Position numbers and translations under genes: made by a program
Shown: positions 24,103-34,659 of the stretch, one piece after another
Layout of the letters: every line of letters begins with the position of its first letter
Position numbering within the stretch: position 1 is the first letter of the stretch
Source of the DNA: Plasmodiophora brassicae
Lineage: Eukaryota
Direction: 5' to 3'
Length of the DNA stretch: 64,000 nt
Assembly: GCA_036867785.1 (NCBI GenBank)
Contig: CP145417.1
Span: 372,001-436,000 of the forward strand
Notes under the pieces: model-generated
What the model saw: only the letters and a program-made list of their open reading frames with translations
The model's database searches: none
What the model was told of the DNA's origin: nothing

Positions 24103-25995
24103 TCACGACCTCTTCGCGCGCTTGCGCGGTTTGTGTTCATAATCAATGGGCAGCCCAAGCTTCGCAACGTGACGTCGCAAATAACCTGAAATACGGCTGA
24201 TGCCTGCTGAGCCTTCGTCGACGTCGTCAGCGACGCCTTGCTTTTTTAAAATGGCCTTGGCAATGCGGTCCTCCGCGGCTTTGAAGAAGCGATAACAGCT
24301 GGCCTGCCACTCCCTGAAACCGTCGCTGCTGGCAGGCTTCGGCGGCAACGACATTCCGGGGGGTTCCCACTTAGTGGTGTACTGATGGACCCAGAACAGC
24401 GCATCGTTGATGGTTCTCACGTTGGTCCGATTGAGAGCTTGCCAATCCCATCGATTGCGGTCATCTAGGGAGCGCGTATGCGCGACCGTTGCGGCCGCGG
24501 CTGAAGACATTACGCGGGGCAATGATGGGACAGGCGTCACTGCCGACATATTGGGCCATGGAATGGTGTCGGCGCTGTCATCCGACGGCATAATTCTCTT
24601 ACGCTTGCTCCCGAAAGACGGGGTCTCCAGAACAAGCCCCAGATTCCTCACCAGTTGCTGTAAGCGGGAAGCACGACGGTTCACGGGCCCAAAGGGCCGC
24701 CCGGATGCGTTACGTTTGCGGGCTCGCTTCTTTGAAATAGCGTTGACGGCGACGTCTTCCGCTGCTTGGAAGAAACGATGACAGCTGGCCTGCCAGCCTC
24801 TCAGGTCCCCCGGATTCGTAGGCTTGGGCGGCAGCTCCATGTCGTCCGGTTTGAAGGTGGTGCGGTAATGATACGCCCAGAACAGGGCAGCATAAAAGTG
24901 GATACTTGGCGATGACAACGGGGAGAGGTTGGCACGATCCCAATACGAACCCTTAACTAGAGCACGAGTGTACGCTATCGTTGCGGCCCAGGCGGAAGAC
25001 ATTTCAAAAGGCAACGACGGAGCAGGCCTCACTTCCGAATCACTGGGCCACGGAATGCTGTCGGCGAAATCGGCCCAATCAATGGAGCCGGCGTCATCGG
25101 CCCCGACGGGAGACACCAGAGGAGCACGCGGCTGTTGACGGTTCGCGAGCGGAGAACTTCCGCTGATCGAGCTCGCTGTACTTGTCGGGGAAGGAACCGC
25201 GGTAGACGTCTCGCTGCTCGATGTGTCAATAGTCAGCTGGTGCTGACTCGCGAGAGAAGGACGGCTGCTTGCCGTACTTGGCGAGAGTTGACTTGAAGTA
25301 GAAAGCGACTGATGCGCGTCAGGCTCCACATGGGCGGTATCCATCCTCGCCGGGGCTTCGCGTATAGGAGGTAGGTCACCCGTACCGCAACCCACACGTC
25401 GACAGATCTCGTCGACGACTTGTTCGAGACGGATGTTCCGGAAGCAGAAATCCCCATTGTCGAAAACCAGCAACATCCCCAATTGTTCAAGCGCGAAAGG
25501 ACTCTTGAACGATGCCGTTAAACGCGACCGTCCATCCGCACAGATCCATATGGGCTGCCGTAGTGGAGGTCCAATCCATGGACGAATCGTTTCCGGAATC
25601 TCACCCTTGGAGACGCTCTGCTCGATCGACTCGGCATTCTTGGCGATGTCCATCAAGTCCAGGTTCACGAATGCAAACGCGAGGCTTGTGGGGATCGTCA
25701 GGTGTTGGTAATGGGGTGACTTCAGAGTGCTCGTATTGCGACTGGATGCGACGACGCTATCTTGGTCATAGGTATACCCATCCGCCAGTGTCACCATCTT
25801 GTTCGTCACCCCCTTCGCCAGTGGACACGCGAACCATGATGTCAACCCAAGAGCGGTTAGCATAGAGTTGGCATGGTCGACCTCGTCCGGCGTCATCCTT
25901 GGCGGCATCTCCTCATCCGTCGGATAGACGTGAAGATCAACGGCCAGCGCGTAACTCGTCGCGCATGCGAACAGGAACACAGCAAGGACAGGCAT
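24103..25995 (-). CDS. Secreted tandem-U-box / duplicated-domain protein, paralog 1 (630 aa)
   Basis: Signal peptide MPVLAVFLFACATSYALA; FACPL...MVTLADGYTYD...KSP...NLDL U-box-like; two internal ~140-aa repeats; C-terminal KPRKRAKRS; intronless. Confidence 0.85.
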   Translation of the reverse strand: MPVLAVFLFACATSYALAVDLHVYPTDEEMPPRMTPDEVDHANSMLTALGLTSWFACPLAKGVTNKMVTLADGYTYDQDSVVASSRNTSTLKSPHYQHLTIPTSLAFAFVNLDLMDIAKNAESIEQSVSKGEIPETIRPWIGPPLRQPIWICADGRSRLTASFKSPFALEQLGMLLVFDNGDFCFRNIRLEQVVDEICRRVGCGTGDLPPIREAPARMDTAHVEPDAHQSLSTSSQLSPSTASSRPSLASQHQLTIDTSSSETSTAVPSPTSTASSISGSSPLANRQQPRAPLVSPVGADDAGSIDWADFADSIPWPSDSEVRPAPSLPFEMSSAWAATIAYTRALVKGSYWDRANLSPLSSPSIHFYAALFWAYHYRTTFKPDDMELPPKPTNPGDLRGWQASCHRFFQAAEDVAVNAISKKRARKRNASGRPFGPVNRRASRLQQLVRNLGLVLETPSFGSKRKRIMPSDDSADTIPWPNMSAVTPVPSLPRVMSSAAAATVAHTRSLDDRNRWDWQALNRTNVRTINDALFWVHQYTTKWEPPGMSLPPKPASSDGFREWQASCYRFFKAAEDRIAKAILKKQGVADDVDEGSAGISRISGYLRRHVAKLGLPIDYEHKPRKRAKRS

Positions 25996-26118
25996 CGCTG
26001 TCACCACATTTCGAAGGTGTCTCCGACGGCAGCCGACGTGTCAAGTGCGGTCGGCAGCCACAGCGGCCAGTGACGTCCCCCGTAAACTCCGCCAGTCTGA
26101 AACTGGGGGATATTTCTG

Positions 26119-26425
26119 GCGAGCCAGAACTAAGGGCAGAGTGCGACGGCACACGAACCCGTTGCCGTCGGCACCTAATTGATTAAACGCGTCGAGTAGG
26201 TCGCCTCCGATCCGGTGACATAGCTGTCTCGGCGCTTTCTACCTTGCACTCTTCGATAAACAATGTTCGGACGTCAGCAACGGTGGCCTATGTGCGACTC
26301 CCTAATCTTTTACAGTCGGGAGGTGTCTGGTGATCATATCAGTCGACGTCGACGGGAAGTGACCGTAAGTCTCCAGAGCCACCCATGCCGTCCTCGGACG
26401 GATCCCAATGAGGAAATTGTTGTAC
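26119..26425 (-). pseudogene. Decayed fragment of the EF-hand gene
   Basis: gcgagccagaactaagg..gcgacggcacacgaacccgttgccgtc matches 22870 onward; similarity with indels continues to ~23190. Confidence 0.8.
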
Positions 26426-27099
26426 ATCCGACGTCTTACAAGAAGAGCCTCGCCCGATAACGCTCATGGGGCCTTATGCGCCTGGACAATGCGCTCTGAA
26501 GGGAGTCACCAATATACAAATTAAACGCTATTCTACGTTGTCTGCGTCTGGTGGGGCGCGCGGGTACGCCCTGTAGCGCATGTCACGGGCCATCGCCTAG
26601 GTCACGCAAACCTGGCTCAGACGTGTCAACCTCAAACAGACCTATATTGCACAACGAGATGCGCGAAGTCCTTGCGTTGTATTTATAAATCGGTTGATCA
26701 CACCTCCAACAGCGCTCCGCGCTCGCTGCCTGTGGCAGGATCGCTGGCGAACTCATGGCAGGGGTCCTTGCTGTGGCAGTTGTTAGTGACGTGGAGGGGG
26801 TGGTAGCAAGGTACTTTCCTAGGACTCGGGGACAGAGATACAGGACGTCGACGACTCGTTTCCGCATCGGGTCGGCAACGGACGTCGCGTATTGACAGGA
26901 ACTAAAGCTGGCAGCACCAAACCCTGGTCGTCTGGAGTCGTCCTGTCGGCCGCGTGCGCGTCGACGTGCCTCCGTCATCACCCTGGGCCGGGCAGCGCCC
27001 CCTGCAACGATCCCCACCGTTCGGCCGAACTGGTAACTCCCAGTTCGATTCCTCCTGCAGGTACACGCTTCACTCTGATATTCCTTGTTTACGTACCCG

Positions 27100-27703
27100 A
27101 TGTCGTTGTCGCCGTCACTCAGCACCGTCATCATCGTCGCAATCGCGCTGGTCGCCGGCGGCAACCCGGTAAGCCCGCCGATCAGTTGCTCACCAACCGC
27201 CATCGCCCTGCTCCCGCACCCAACCAGCGCGGCGAAGGCGATGTTGCCGCTCGTGGCAAGCGTCTCGACGGCGTTCGCCCCGTCGGTCAGCAAGGCACCG
27301 GCCGAACCGGAACCAGCCCGTGCCGCGACCAGCGCAACGTCGCCCGGCTGGCCGATCGCCGCGGTCGTCAGGCCATATTCGCCTAGGCCAACCTGCACGT
27401 CGACCAAGTCGGTGCAGACCGTCGCGTCACGCCCGTCACCGTGCGCGCCGGTCGACCTGACGGTCATGCTCCTGGCCCTCGTGCTGATGGCGCTCTCCGG
27501 CGCGATCGTCGACGTCACCGACAGCGACGATCGGGCGCCCCGGTCGAGGTAGGATCTCGCGACCTATCGACAGTGCCCGACCGCTGTTGACCCCTGTCCC
27601 TTTGTGCAGGACGCCGATCCGTCGTCGAGGACGCCTGGCTGGGAAGGCGTTCGTCCAGGGCAAGCGACGGGCGGCCGCACGCCGACCACCCTGGCGGCCC
27701 TGA
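27100..27703 (+). CDS. Small Ser/Thr/Pro/Ala-rich protein with N-terminal hydrophobic segment and a TM-like segment
   Basis: MSLSPSLSTVIIVAIALVAGG...LTVMLLALVLMALSGAIV; probable intron ~27547-27609; 3' half duplicated at ~31340-31650. Confidence 0.4.
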
Positions 27704-28257
27704 TTCACTGACATCGCCGGGCAATGAGCTCGAATACGTACGAGAATACAGCAATCATCGAGGTGCAGTTGGACGTGTCGGTCGTACGTCGCGTTCGTCA
27801 GCTGGGCGTCTCTTCGAGACCAGGCGGATCCGAATGCACGCCGCTCATGTCGTCGCGTCGTCGTCGCCGCTGCGCCACGCCGAGTCTTTGCAATCGTCGC
27901 TGGGAGACGAAACGCTTCCCAGGCGAACATTACTGATCTGCGGCGTCATCTCGGTCATCGCGTCAACTTGACAACGTTCGCCAGCAGAGGGCCATCAGCG
28001 GGTACCAGCCGATGACGTCGAGGCGCTGGATCGGAGGCGATACTCGACATGGCGAACAGGTGACCAAAAGTGCCGCGACGAGCCCCTGCTAAGCTCGAGG
28101 CGCCTCGCGAACGACGCCGCCCCTCCGCCGAACAAGTTCTATGAGGGCAGTGGAAACCGGATCGTCACGACAAACGACAGCGCCGGGTGTACTTTGCACG
28201 AATATCACAACGACGGCCCTGGTGCCTCCGCCTGATGTTTTCAGTCAAGATCGACCG

Positions 28258-28396
28258 GCGCTGGGTCACATCACTCGACGTCGATAGAGCGTGATCATTA
28301 GTCACCAGCGCCATCCCAGGCCGTCCTTGGCCAGATCCCATGCAGAGATTGCACGCCATCCTGACCGCCACTCCTCTTCTCATACCTGATTCTCTG
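28258..28396 (-). pseudogene. Decayed fragment of the EF-hand gene
   Basis: gctgggtcacatca.tcgacgtcgat.gagcgtg...cccaggccgtcct...ctcctctt.tcatacctgat matches ~23091-23230. Confidence 0.75.
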
Positions 28397-28519
28397 GTCT
28401 ATACCGATGATAACGGCGTCATGCGTACAAAGATCCATAGGACCTCGTCAACAACGGGACCCTGCGTTTATCATTGGTGCCGGAACTTCAGACATTAGGC
28501 AACATCCTGCACATTCGTT

Positions 28520-30418
28520 TCACTTGCGCCTGGACTTGTCAGGGTTGCCCTCAGGGTCCACGACATCTGGCATGCGCTGGCGTTTGCGCTCAGTGTTAAT
28601 GGGGAGCCCAAGCTCCACAACGCGACTTCGCAAATATCGTGCCCCACGGTTGATGCCTGCAGAGCCTTCGTCGACGTCGTCAACGACGCCTAGCTTTGTT
28701 AAAAGGGCCTTGACAATGCGGTCTTCCGCGGCTTTGAAGAAGCGATAACAGCTGGCCTGCCACTCCCTAAAACCGTCGCTGCTGGCAGGCTTCGGCGGCA
28801 ACGACATTCCGGGCGGTTTCCACTTAGTGGTGTACTGACGGACCCAGAACAGCGCATTGCTAACGGCACTCCAGTCGTTCAGGGTGATACCTTGCCAATC
28901 CCATAGATTGGGGTCTTCTAGGGAGCGCGTATGCGCGATCGTTGCGGCCCACGCGGACGGCATTACGCCGGGCAATGATGGGACGGGCGTCATTGCCGAC
29001 ATACTGGGCCATGGAAAGGTGTCGGCAATGGCTTCCGACCACGTAAGCCTACGCTTCGGAACAAGACCCAGCTGTGTCGCCGGTATCCTTAAAGCCCGTG
29101 CATGACGGCACACGCGTCTAAAGACCCGGCCGACGCCCTGGGAGTAATTGCATCGTTTCTCTAAAATGGCGTTGACGAGGATGTCTTCAGCTGCTTTGAA
29201 GAAACGATGACAGCTGACCTGCCAGCCTCTCAAGTCGCCTGGGTTCAAAGGTTTGGGCGGCAGCTCCATGTCGTCCGGTTTGAAGATGGTGCGGTAATGA
29301 TACGCCCAGAACAGGGCAGCATAGAAGTTGTCACGTTTCGATGAGTGGAGACGTTCCCGGTCCCAAAAGGTACGCTCAAAGGAACGCGTATGCGCTATCG
29401 TTGCGGCCCAGGCGGACGATATTGCTGTTGGCAACGTTGGGGCAGGCTGCACTTCGGATGGATTGGGCCAAGGGATTGCATCGGCGATATCGGCCCAAGC
29501 AGTGGCGGCGGCGTCATCAGTCCAAACAGGAGTCACCGGAACACCCGGTTCAGGATGGTTGGCGAGAGGAGATCCTCCGCTGCTCGAACGCGCTATACCT
29601 GTCGGGGAATGAATCGCGTTAGACATCTCGCCGCTGGATGCGTCAATCGCCTGCCGGTGATGACTCGCGACAGAAGGACGACAGCTAGGCGCTGCCGGAC
29701 TTGGAGAAAGCAGATTTGAAGTAGAAAGCGACTGATGTGCGCCAGGCTCCACATGGGCGGTATCCATTCTCACCGAGGTTTCGCGTACACGCTCAACGTC
29801 ACCCCTCCCACAATCCACACGTCGACAGATCTCGTCGACGACTTGTTCGAGACGGATGTTCCGGAAGCAGAATTCCCCATTGTCGAGAGCCAGAAACATC
29901 CCCAATTGTTCAACAGTAAACGCCTGCTTGAAGGATGTCATCAAACGCGACCGTCCATCCGCACAGATCCATATGTGCTGACGCAGTGGAGATCCGGTCC
30001 ATCGACGAACCACCGCTGGAACCTCACCGTCTATGATGCTTTGCGCAAGCGATTCGGCATTCTTGGCAATGTCCATCAAATCCAGGTTCACGAATGCAAC
30101 CGCGAGGCTTGTGGGGATCGTCAGGCGTTGGTAGTGGGGTGACTTCAGAGTGTCCGAATTGTGGCAGGATGCAACGACGTGTTTCAGGTCATACGTATAC
30201 CCATCCGCCAATGTCACCATCTTATTGGTTACGCGACCTGCCAGTGGACACGCGAACCATGACATCAACCCGAGAGCGGATAGCGTGGGGTTGGTAAGGT
30301 CGACCTCGTCAGGCGTCATCATTGGCGGCATCTCCTCATCCGCCGGAGAGACTTGGAGGTCGACGGCCAGCGCGCAACTCGTCGCACATGCCAATAGAAA
30401 CACAGCGAGGTCAGGCAT
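28520..30418 (-). CDS. Secreted tandem-U-box / duplicated-domain protein, paralog 2 (632 aa)
   Basis: Same architecture as paralog 1; MPDLAVFLLACATSCALA; basic motifs KRRL, RKRQR, KSRRK. Confidence 0.85.
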   Translation of the reverse strand: MPDLAVFLLACATSCALAVDLQVSPADEEMPPMMTPDEVDLTNPTLSALGLMSWFACPLAGRVTNKMVTLADGYTYDLKHVVASCHNSDTLKSPHYQRLTIPTSLAVAFVNLDLMDIAKNAESLAQSIIDGEVPAVVRRWTGSPLRQHIWICADGRSRLMTSFKQAFTVEQLGMFLALDNGEFCFRNIRLEQVVDEICRRVDCGRGDVERVRETSVRMDTAHVEPGAHQSLSTSNLLSPSPAAPSCRPSVASHHRQAIDASSGEMSNAIHSPTGIARSSSGGSPLANHPEPGVPVTPVWTDDAAATAWADIADAIPWPNPSEVQPAPTLPTAISSAWAATIAHTRSFERTFWDRERLHSSKRDNFYAALFWAYHYRTIFKPDDMELPPKPLNPGDLRGWQVSCHRFFKAAEDILVNAILEKRCNYSQGVGRVFRRVCRHARALRIPATQLGLVPKRRLTWSEAIADTFPWPSMSAMTPVPSLPGVMPSAWAATIAHTRSLEDPNLWDWQGITLNDWSAVSNALFWVRQYTTKWKPPGMSLPPKPASSDGFREWQASCYRFFKAAEDRIVKALLTKLGVVDDVDEGSAGINRGARYLRSRVVELGLPINTERKRQRMPDVVDPEGNPDKSRRK

Positions 30419-30525
30419 CGTTGTTCACCAGGTTTCGAAGGTTAGCTCCAATGGCCGCCGATGCGTGATCAGTGTCGGCGGCCACGTGGCCCCGTAACTC
30501 CGCAAGTCGGAAACTCCGGGATTCC

Positions 30526-30533
30526 TATTTATA
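30526..30533 (-). promoter_or_regulatory. TATA-like box upstream of paralog 2
   Basis: TATAAATA on the minus strand ~110 bp upstream of the ATG; TATAAAAA at the equivalent position for paralog 3 (34437-34444). Confidence 0.5.
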
Positions 30534-30798
30534 GGCGGATGCTTCGGGCCTTCGGCGTTTACAGCAAGCCGTCATATGTGTCTGGACGTCAAAATCGACG
30601 ATCTGGTGTTGTTGTCATTACTGGTCGTCGAGGCCGGGGCCCAGGAAGAGATCGGCGCATGTGCTTACTCTTGTTTCCCCACCGTATGCCATTTCAGACA
30701 TGCCTGTGTGACCCGTTTCGGACGTGAACTTAAAGGTACATTGGGGCGGGGCTGCGGCCACGGCGCGATGCAAAACGGGCCAGCCGGAGTGGTCCGCC

Positions 30799-31300
30799 AT
30801 GCTCGAGGAGGTGCTGTGCGGTTCGCTGACGTCGACTGCCGTCGCTCTTCAATGCCCAGCGGGCCGCCGTCGCTCTTCAATGCCCAGCGGGCCGCCGTCG
30901 CTCTTCAATGCCCAGCGGGCCGCCGTCGCACCCTTCATCAGCATGGCGACCTTGTTCGCGCGCGTACGCGCGTTCGTCGCCGATGACGACCAGCGGACGC
31001 TGTATGCCGATGCCCTGCGACGTGGCCTGCGGGATGCCGTTGTACGGCCGTACGAAGAGACCCTGCAGGCGTCGTACCATGAACTGCAGGGACTGAATGA
31101 CCTGTCGCCTCTGACAACGCTACGCGTACGATTGGACGACTATGAGCTGCTGCAGTGGTGTCGCTGCTTGGTTGTTCTGATCGTGTCATCGATGTAATAG
31201 GCTGCACAAGCGCTATGGCAGTATGTTGTTGAGAAGGAGAATCTACTGGATCATCTGCATCGTGTTTCGACGAGAACTTGATGAAATCGACTGCAAGCCT
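30799..31300 (+). pseudogene. 5' fragment of a gamma-tubulin complex component 4 (GCP4)-like gene
   Basis: MLEEVLC...TLYADALRRGLRDAVVRPYEETL...LTTLRVRLDDYELL resembles the GCP4 N-terminus (MxxELL...YLRAFCxGLxxVLxPYxxxL...LxxFxLL); truncated. Confidence 0.6.
30838..30929 (+). repeat. Perfect 28-bp tandem repeat, ~3.3 copies
   Basis: gccgtcgctcttcaatgcccagcgggcc starting at 30838, 30866, 30894, partial at 30922. Confidence 0.95.
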
Positions 31301-31338
31301 CGTTTGTGCTGGGCGCGCTGATCCAGCCCCTGAAGTAG

Positions 31339-31650
31339 CCTACGCCAACCTGCACGTCGATCAAGTCGGTGCAGACCGGCGCGTCACGCCCGTCACCGTG
31401 CGTGCCGGTCGACCTGGTGGTCCCGCTCCTGGCCCTCGTTCTGGTGGCGCTCTCCGGCGCGATCGTCGACGACACCGGCAGCGAGGACCCGCCCCGGCCG
31501 AGGTAGAATACCTCAACCCATCGCCCCGTCTGACCGCTGCTGACCCGTCACGTTGTGCACGGCGCTGATCCGTCGTCGAGGACGTCTGTCGGGGAAGGCG
31601 CTCTTCCAGGGCAAGCGACGGGCGGCCGCACGACGACCACCCTGGCCGCC
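31339..31650 (+). repeat. Diverged duplicate of ~27381-27700
   Basis: gccaacctgcacgtcga.caagtcggtgcagacc...ctcctggccctcgt.ctg.tggcgctctccggcgcgatcgtcgacg shared. Confidence 0.9.
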
Positions 31651-32369
31651 ATGATGAACAACTTACATAACCGGGCTATGCCCTCCAATACCTACCATAC
31701 AGCCGTCAGCGAGGGTCGTCGAGTGGCCGCCGTCGCCCTGATTGGGCGAGTCGATCGTAGGTCACGTTCGTCAGGAGCGCATCTTTGAGACGGGGCGGGC
31801 ATCGTGCAGGGCCTGCGCGCCGGTAGAGCGCCTCGCGCGGCACGTTCAGGCGCGACAGGCCGACAGGTCGTGCGTCGAGGTTGTTGTGGAGCAGGTCGGT
31901 CCCCGGGCGCTGGGCCGGTGGAGAAGATGACCTTCGAGAAGCGCCTGTCGTCGAGCGCCCGACATCCGTCTACAACTACAACGACTGCTGCCACAGGTTC
32001 ATGGTCGCCGCGTGCGACCCGGGTACTCGGTGGAACCAGGCGCCGCCGTCGCCGTTCCTTTGACGTGTCGCGTGACGCAGGCTTGCCGCCCATGTTGTCG
32101 TGGTGTAGCAGGAACACAGCTGTCGGTTGCCTCGCCGATCGTTTGATTCGGTGCTGTCATGGTTTCGGGTACGCACATGATTGTCCCTGTGTGCTCAGTA
32201 CCATCTTTTAACCTTCGCCTACGTATGAGTTCATATAACGCCCGTTACTGAGCCAGGCCGTTACGTGGTCGAGTATCGCGGCCGGTGCGGCTCGGCAAGT
32301 ACCGATAAAGACGGCACGTCGCTCCACTCGATACACGCGACCGTGTCAACAAGAAGGCCTGTCTGTTTA

Positions 32370-34322
32370 TCATAGGACCAGGACTTCACGCAGAAACATC
32401 CTGGAAACTCTATTCATTTGCACCTTCACTTGACAGATTTGCGCCCCGGGTTCGCGCCCTTTCGGGCATTTGTGATGCTTACGTTCAGTGTTAATGGGCA
32501 GCCCGCTGTTTCTAAGGCGACACCTCAAAGTAGATGACAAACGGCTGAAGCGTGCAGAGCCTTCGACGGCGTCGTCAGCGTCGTCACTTTGCTTTTCCCA
32601 AATGGCCTCGACAACGCGGTCTTCCGCGGCTTTGAAGAAGCGATAACAGCTGGCCTGCCACTCCCTGAAACCGTCGCTGCTGGCAGGCTTCCGCGGCAAC
32701 GACATTTCGGGCGGTTTCCACTTAGTGGTGTACTGTCGGACCCAGAACAGCGCATCGTAGATGGCGTCCTGATCGGTCCCCGTGAGACGTCTCCAATCCC
32801 ATCGATTGCGGTCGTCTAGGGAGCGCGTATGCCCAACCGTTGCGGCCCAAGCGGACGACATTACGCGGGGCAATGATGGGGCAGGCGATATTGCCGACAT
32901 ACTGGGCCATGGAATGGTGTCGACGATGTCGTGGTCCGAATACGTAGATCTCCGGCGCTTGTTCGAGTGCCGTTCATACTTAACAAGACCGAGCTGTTTC
33001 GCCAGAATCTGCAGACCCCGAGCGTGACGGCTCACGGCCACATGGCTGTCTCGCTTCTCTGAAATGGCGTTGACGACGATGTCTTCCGCTGCTTGGAAGA
33101 AACGATGGCAGTTGGCCTGCCAGTCCCTCATGTCGTCCGGGTTCGAAGGTTTGGGCGGCAGCTCCATGTCGTCCGGTTTGCAGGTGGTGCGGTACTGGCG
33201 AGCCCAGAACAGGGCAGCATGAAAGATGTTGGATGCCGTTGAGCAGAGGTGGTGCCGATCCCAAAACGATTTGTTATCCAGATCACGAGTATGCGCTATC
33301 GTCGCGGCCCAGGCAGACGACAATGCAGAAGGCAACGATGGTGCAGGCTGCACTTCCGACGCGCTGGGCCAGGGGATAGCATTGGCGAAACCGGTCCAAT
33401 AAATGGAGGCGGCGTCATCAGCCCCGACAGGAGGCACCAGAGCATTCGGCTGATGATGGTTTCCCAGCGGAGAACTTCCGCTGATCGACGTCGCAGCGCT
33501 TGTCGGGGAATCATTAATCGCAGTAGACGTCTCGCCGCTGGATGTGTCAATAGACAGCCCGTGCAGACTCGCGACAGAGGGACGGCTGCTGGGCGCTGCC
33601 GTATTTGGCCAAAGTAGACTTGAAATAGAAAGCGTGTGATGTGCGCCAGGCTCCGCATGGGCGGTATCCATCATCACCGGGGTTTCGCGAATATGTCGTA
33701 CGTCAGCGGTTGCACAATCCACACGTCGACATATCTCATCGACAACGTGTTCGAGATGGATGTTCCGGAAGCAGAAATCCCCGTTCTCGAGAGCCAGCAA
33801 CATGCCCAATTGTTCGACAGTGAACGGATGCTTGAACGATGTCATCAAACGCGACCGTCCATCCGCACAGATCCATATGGGCTGTCGCAGTGGGGATCCG
33901 ATCCAGGGACGAACCGCCGCCGGGATCTCACCGTTCGAGACGCTCTGCTTGATCGATTCGGCATTCATGGCGGTTTCCATTAAGTCCAGGTTCACGAATG
34001 CAAACGCGAGGCTTGCGGGGATCGTCAGGTATTGGTAATGGGGCGACTTCAGAGCGTCCGCCTTGCCACAGGATGCGATGACGTGATCTTGATCATACGT
34101 ATAGCCATCCGGCAGTGTCACCATCTTGTTCGTCATTCTCCCCACCAATGGACACGCGAACCATGATGCCAACCCCAGAGCGGTTAGCACAGAGCTGGCA
34201 TGGTCGACCTCCTCCGGCGTCATCCTTGGCGGCAACTCCTCCTCCGTCGGATAGACGTGAAGGTCAACGGCCAGCACGTAGCTCGTCGCGCATGCGAACA
34301 GGAACACAACGGGAGCAGGCAT
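32370..34322 (-). CDS. Secreted tandem-U-box / duplicated-domain protein, paralog 3 (650 aa, extended C-terminus)
   Basis: MPAPVVFLFACATSYVLA; same domains; KRRRS between repeats; reads through the position where paralogs 1 and 4 stop. Confidence 0.85.
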   Translation of the reverse strand: MPAPVVFLFACATSYVLAVDLHVYPTEEELPPRMTPEEVDHASSVLTALGLASWFACPLVGRMTNKMVTLPDGYTYDQDHVIASCGKADALKSPHYQYLTIPASLAFAFVNLDLMETAMNAESIKQSVSNGEIPAAVRPWIGSPLRQPIWICADGRSRLMTSFKHPFTVEQLGMLLALENGDFCFRNIHLEHVVDEICRRVDCATADVRHIRETPVMMDTAHAEPGAHHTLSISSLLWPNTAAPSSRPSVASLHGLSIDTSSGETSTAINDSPTSAATSISGSSPLGNHHQPNALVPPVGADDAASIYWTGFANAIPWPSASEVQPAPSLPSALSSAWAATIAHTRDLDNKSFWDRHHLCSTASNIFHAALFWARQYRTTCKPDDMELPPKPSNPDDMRDWQANCHRFFQAAEDIVVNAISEKRDSHVAVSRHARGLQILAKQLGLVKYERHSNKRRRSTYSDHDIVDTIPWPSMSAISPAPSLPRVMSSAWAATVGHTRSLDDRNRWDWRRLTGTDQDAIYDALFWVRQYTTKWKPPEMSLPRKPASSDGFREWQASCYRFFKAAEDRVVEAIWEKQSDDADDAVEGSARFSRLSSTLRCRLRNSGLPINTERKHHKCPKGREPGAQICQVKVQMNRVSRMFLREVLVL

Positions 34323-34659
34323 CGCTCGAACGAGATCTCGAACGCAGCTCCAACGGCAGCCGACCTGGCAATCAATGTGGTCGCCTGGTCGGCGGCCATG
34401 ACATCCGCAAATCCGAAATGCGCGTGACGGAAAACCTTTTTATAGACAGAAGCATCGGCGTCAATAATTATAGGCGCGTAATCTGAGTCATAGACGAGGA
34501 CGTGTATTCATTGGTCACAATCGTCATTGGCAGCGAGCTTCGGGGTTTCCAAGTGGTCGTCGAGAGCGATGTGAAGGGGTTGCACGTAGGGAGGGCATCG
34601 GAAAGAATGGGCGCACTGTGCATTCGCTTTTATCTCCACCGTTTGTGATTTCAGACATG

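Noticed and set aside
30838-30929. 28-bp repeats as a CRISPR array
   Set aside because: Units are directly adjacent with no spacers; eukaryotic context; no cas genes
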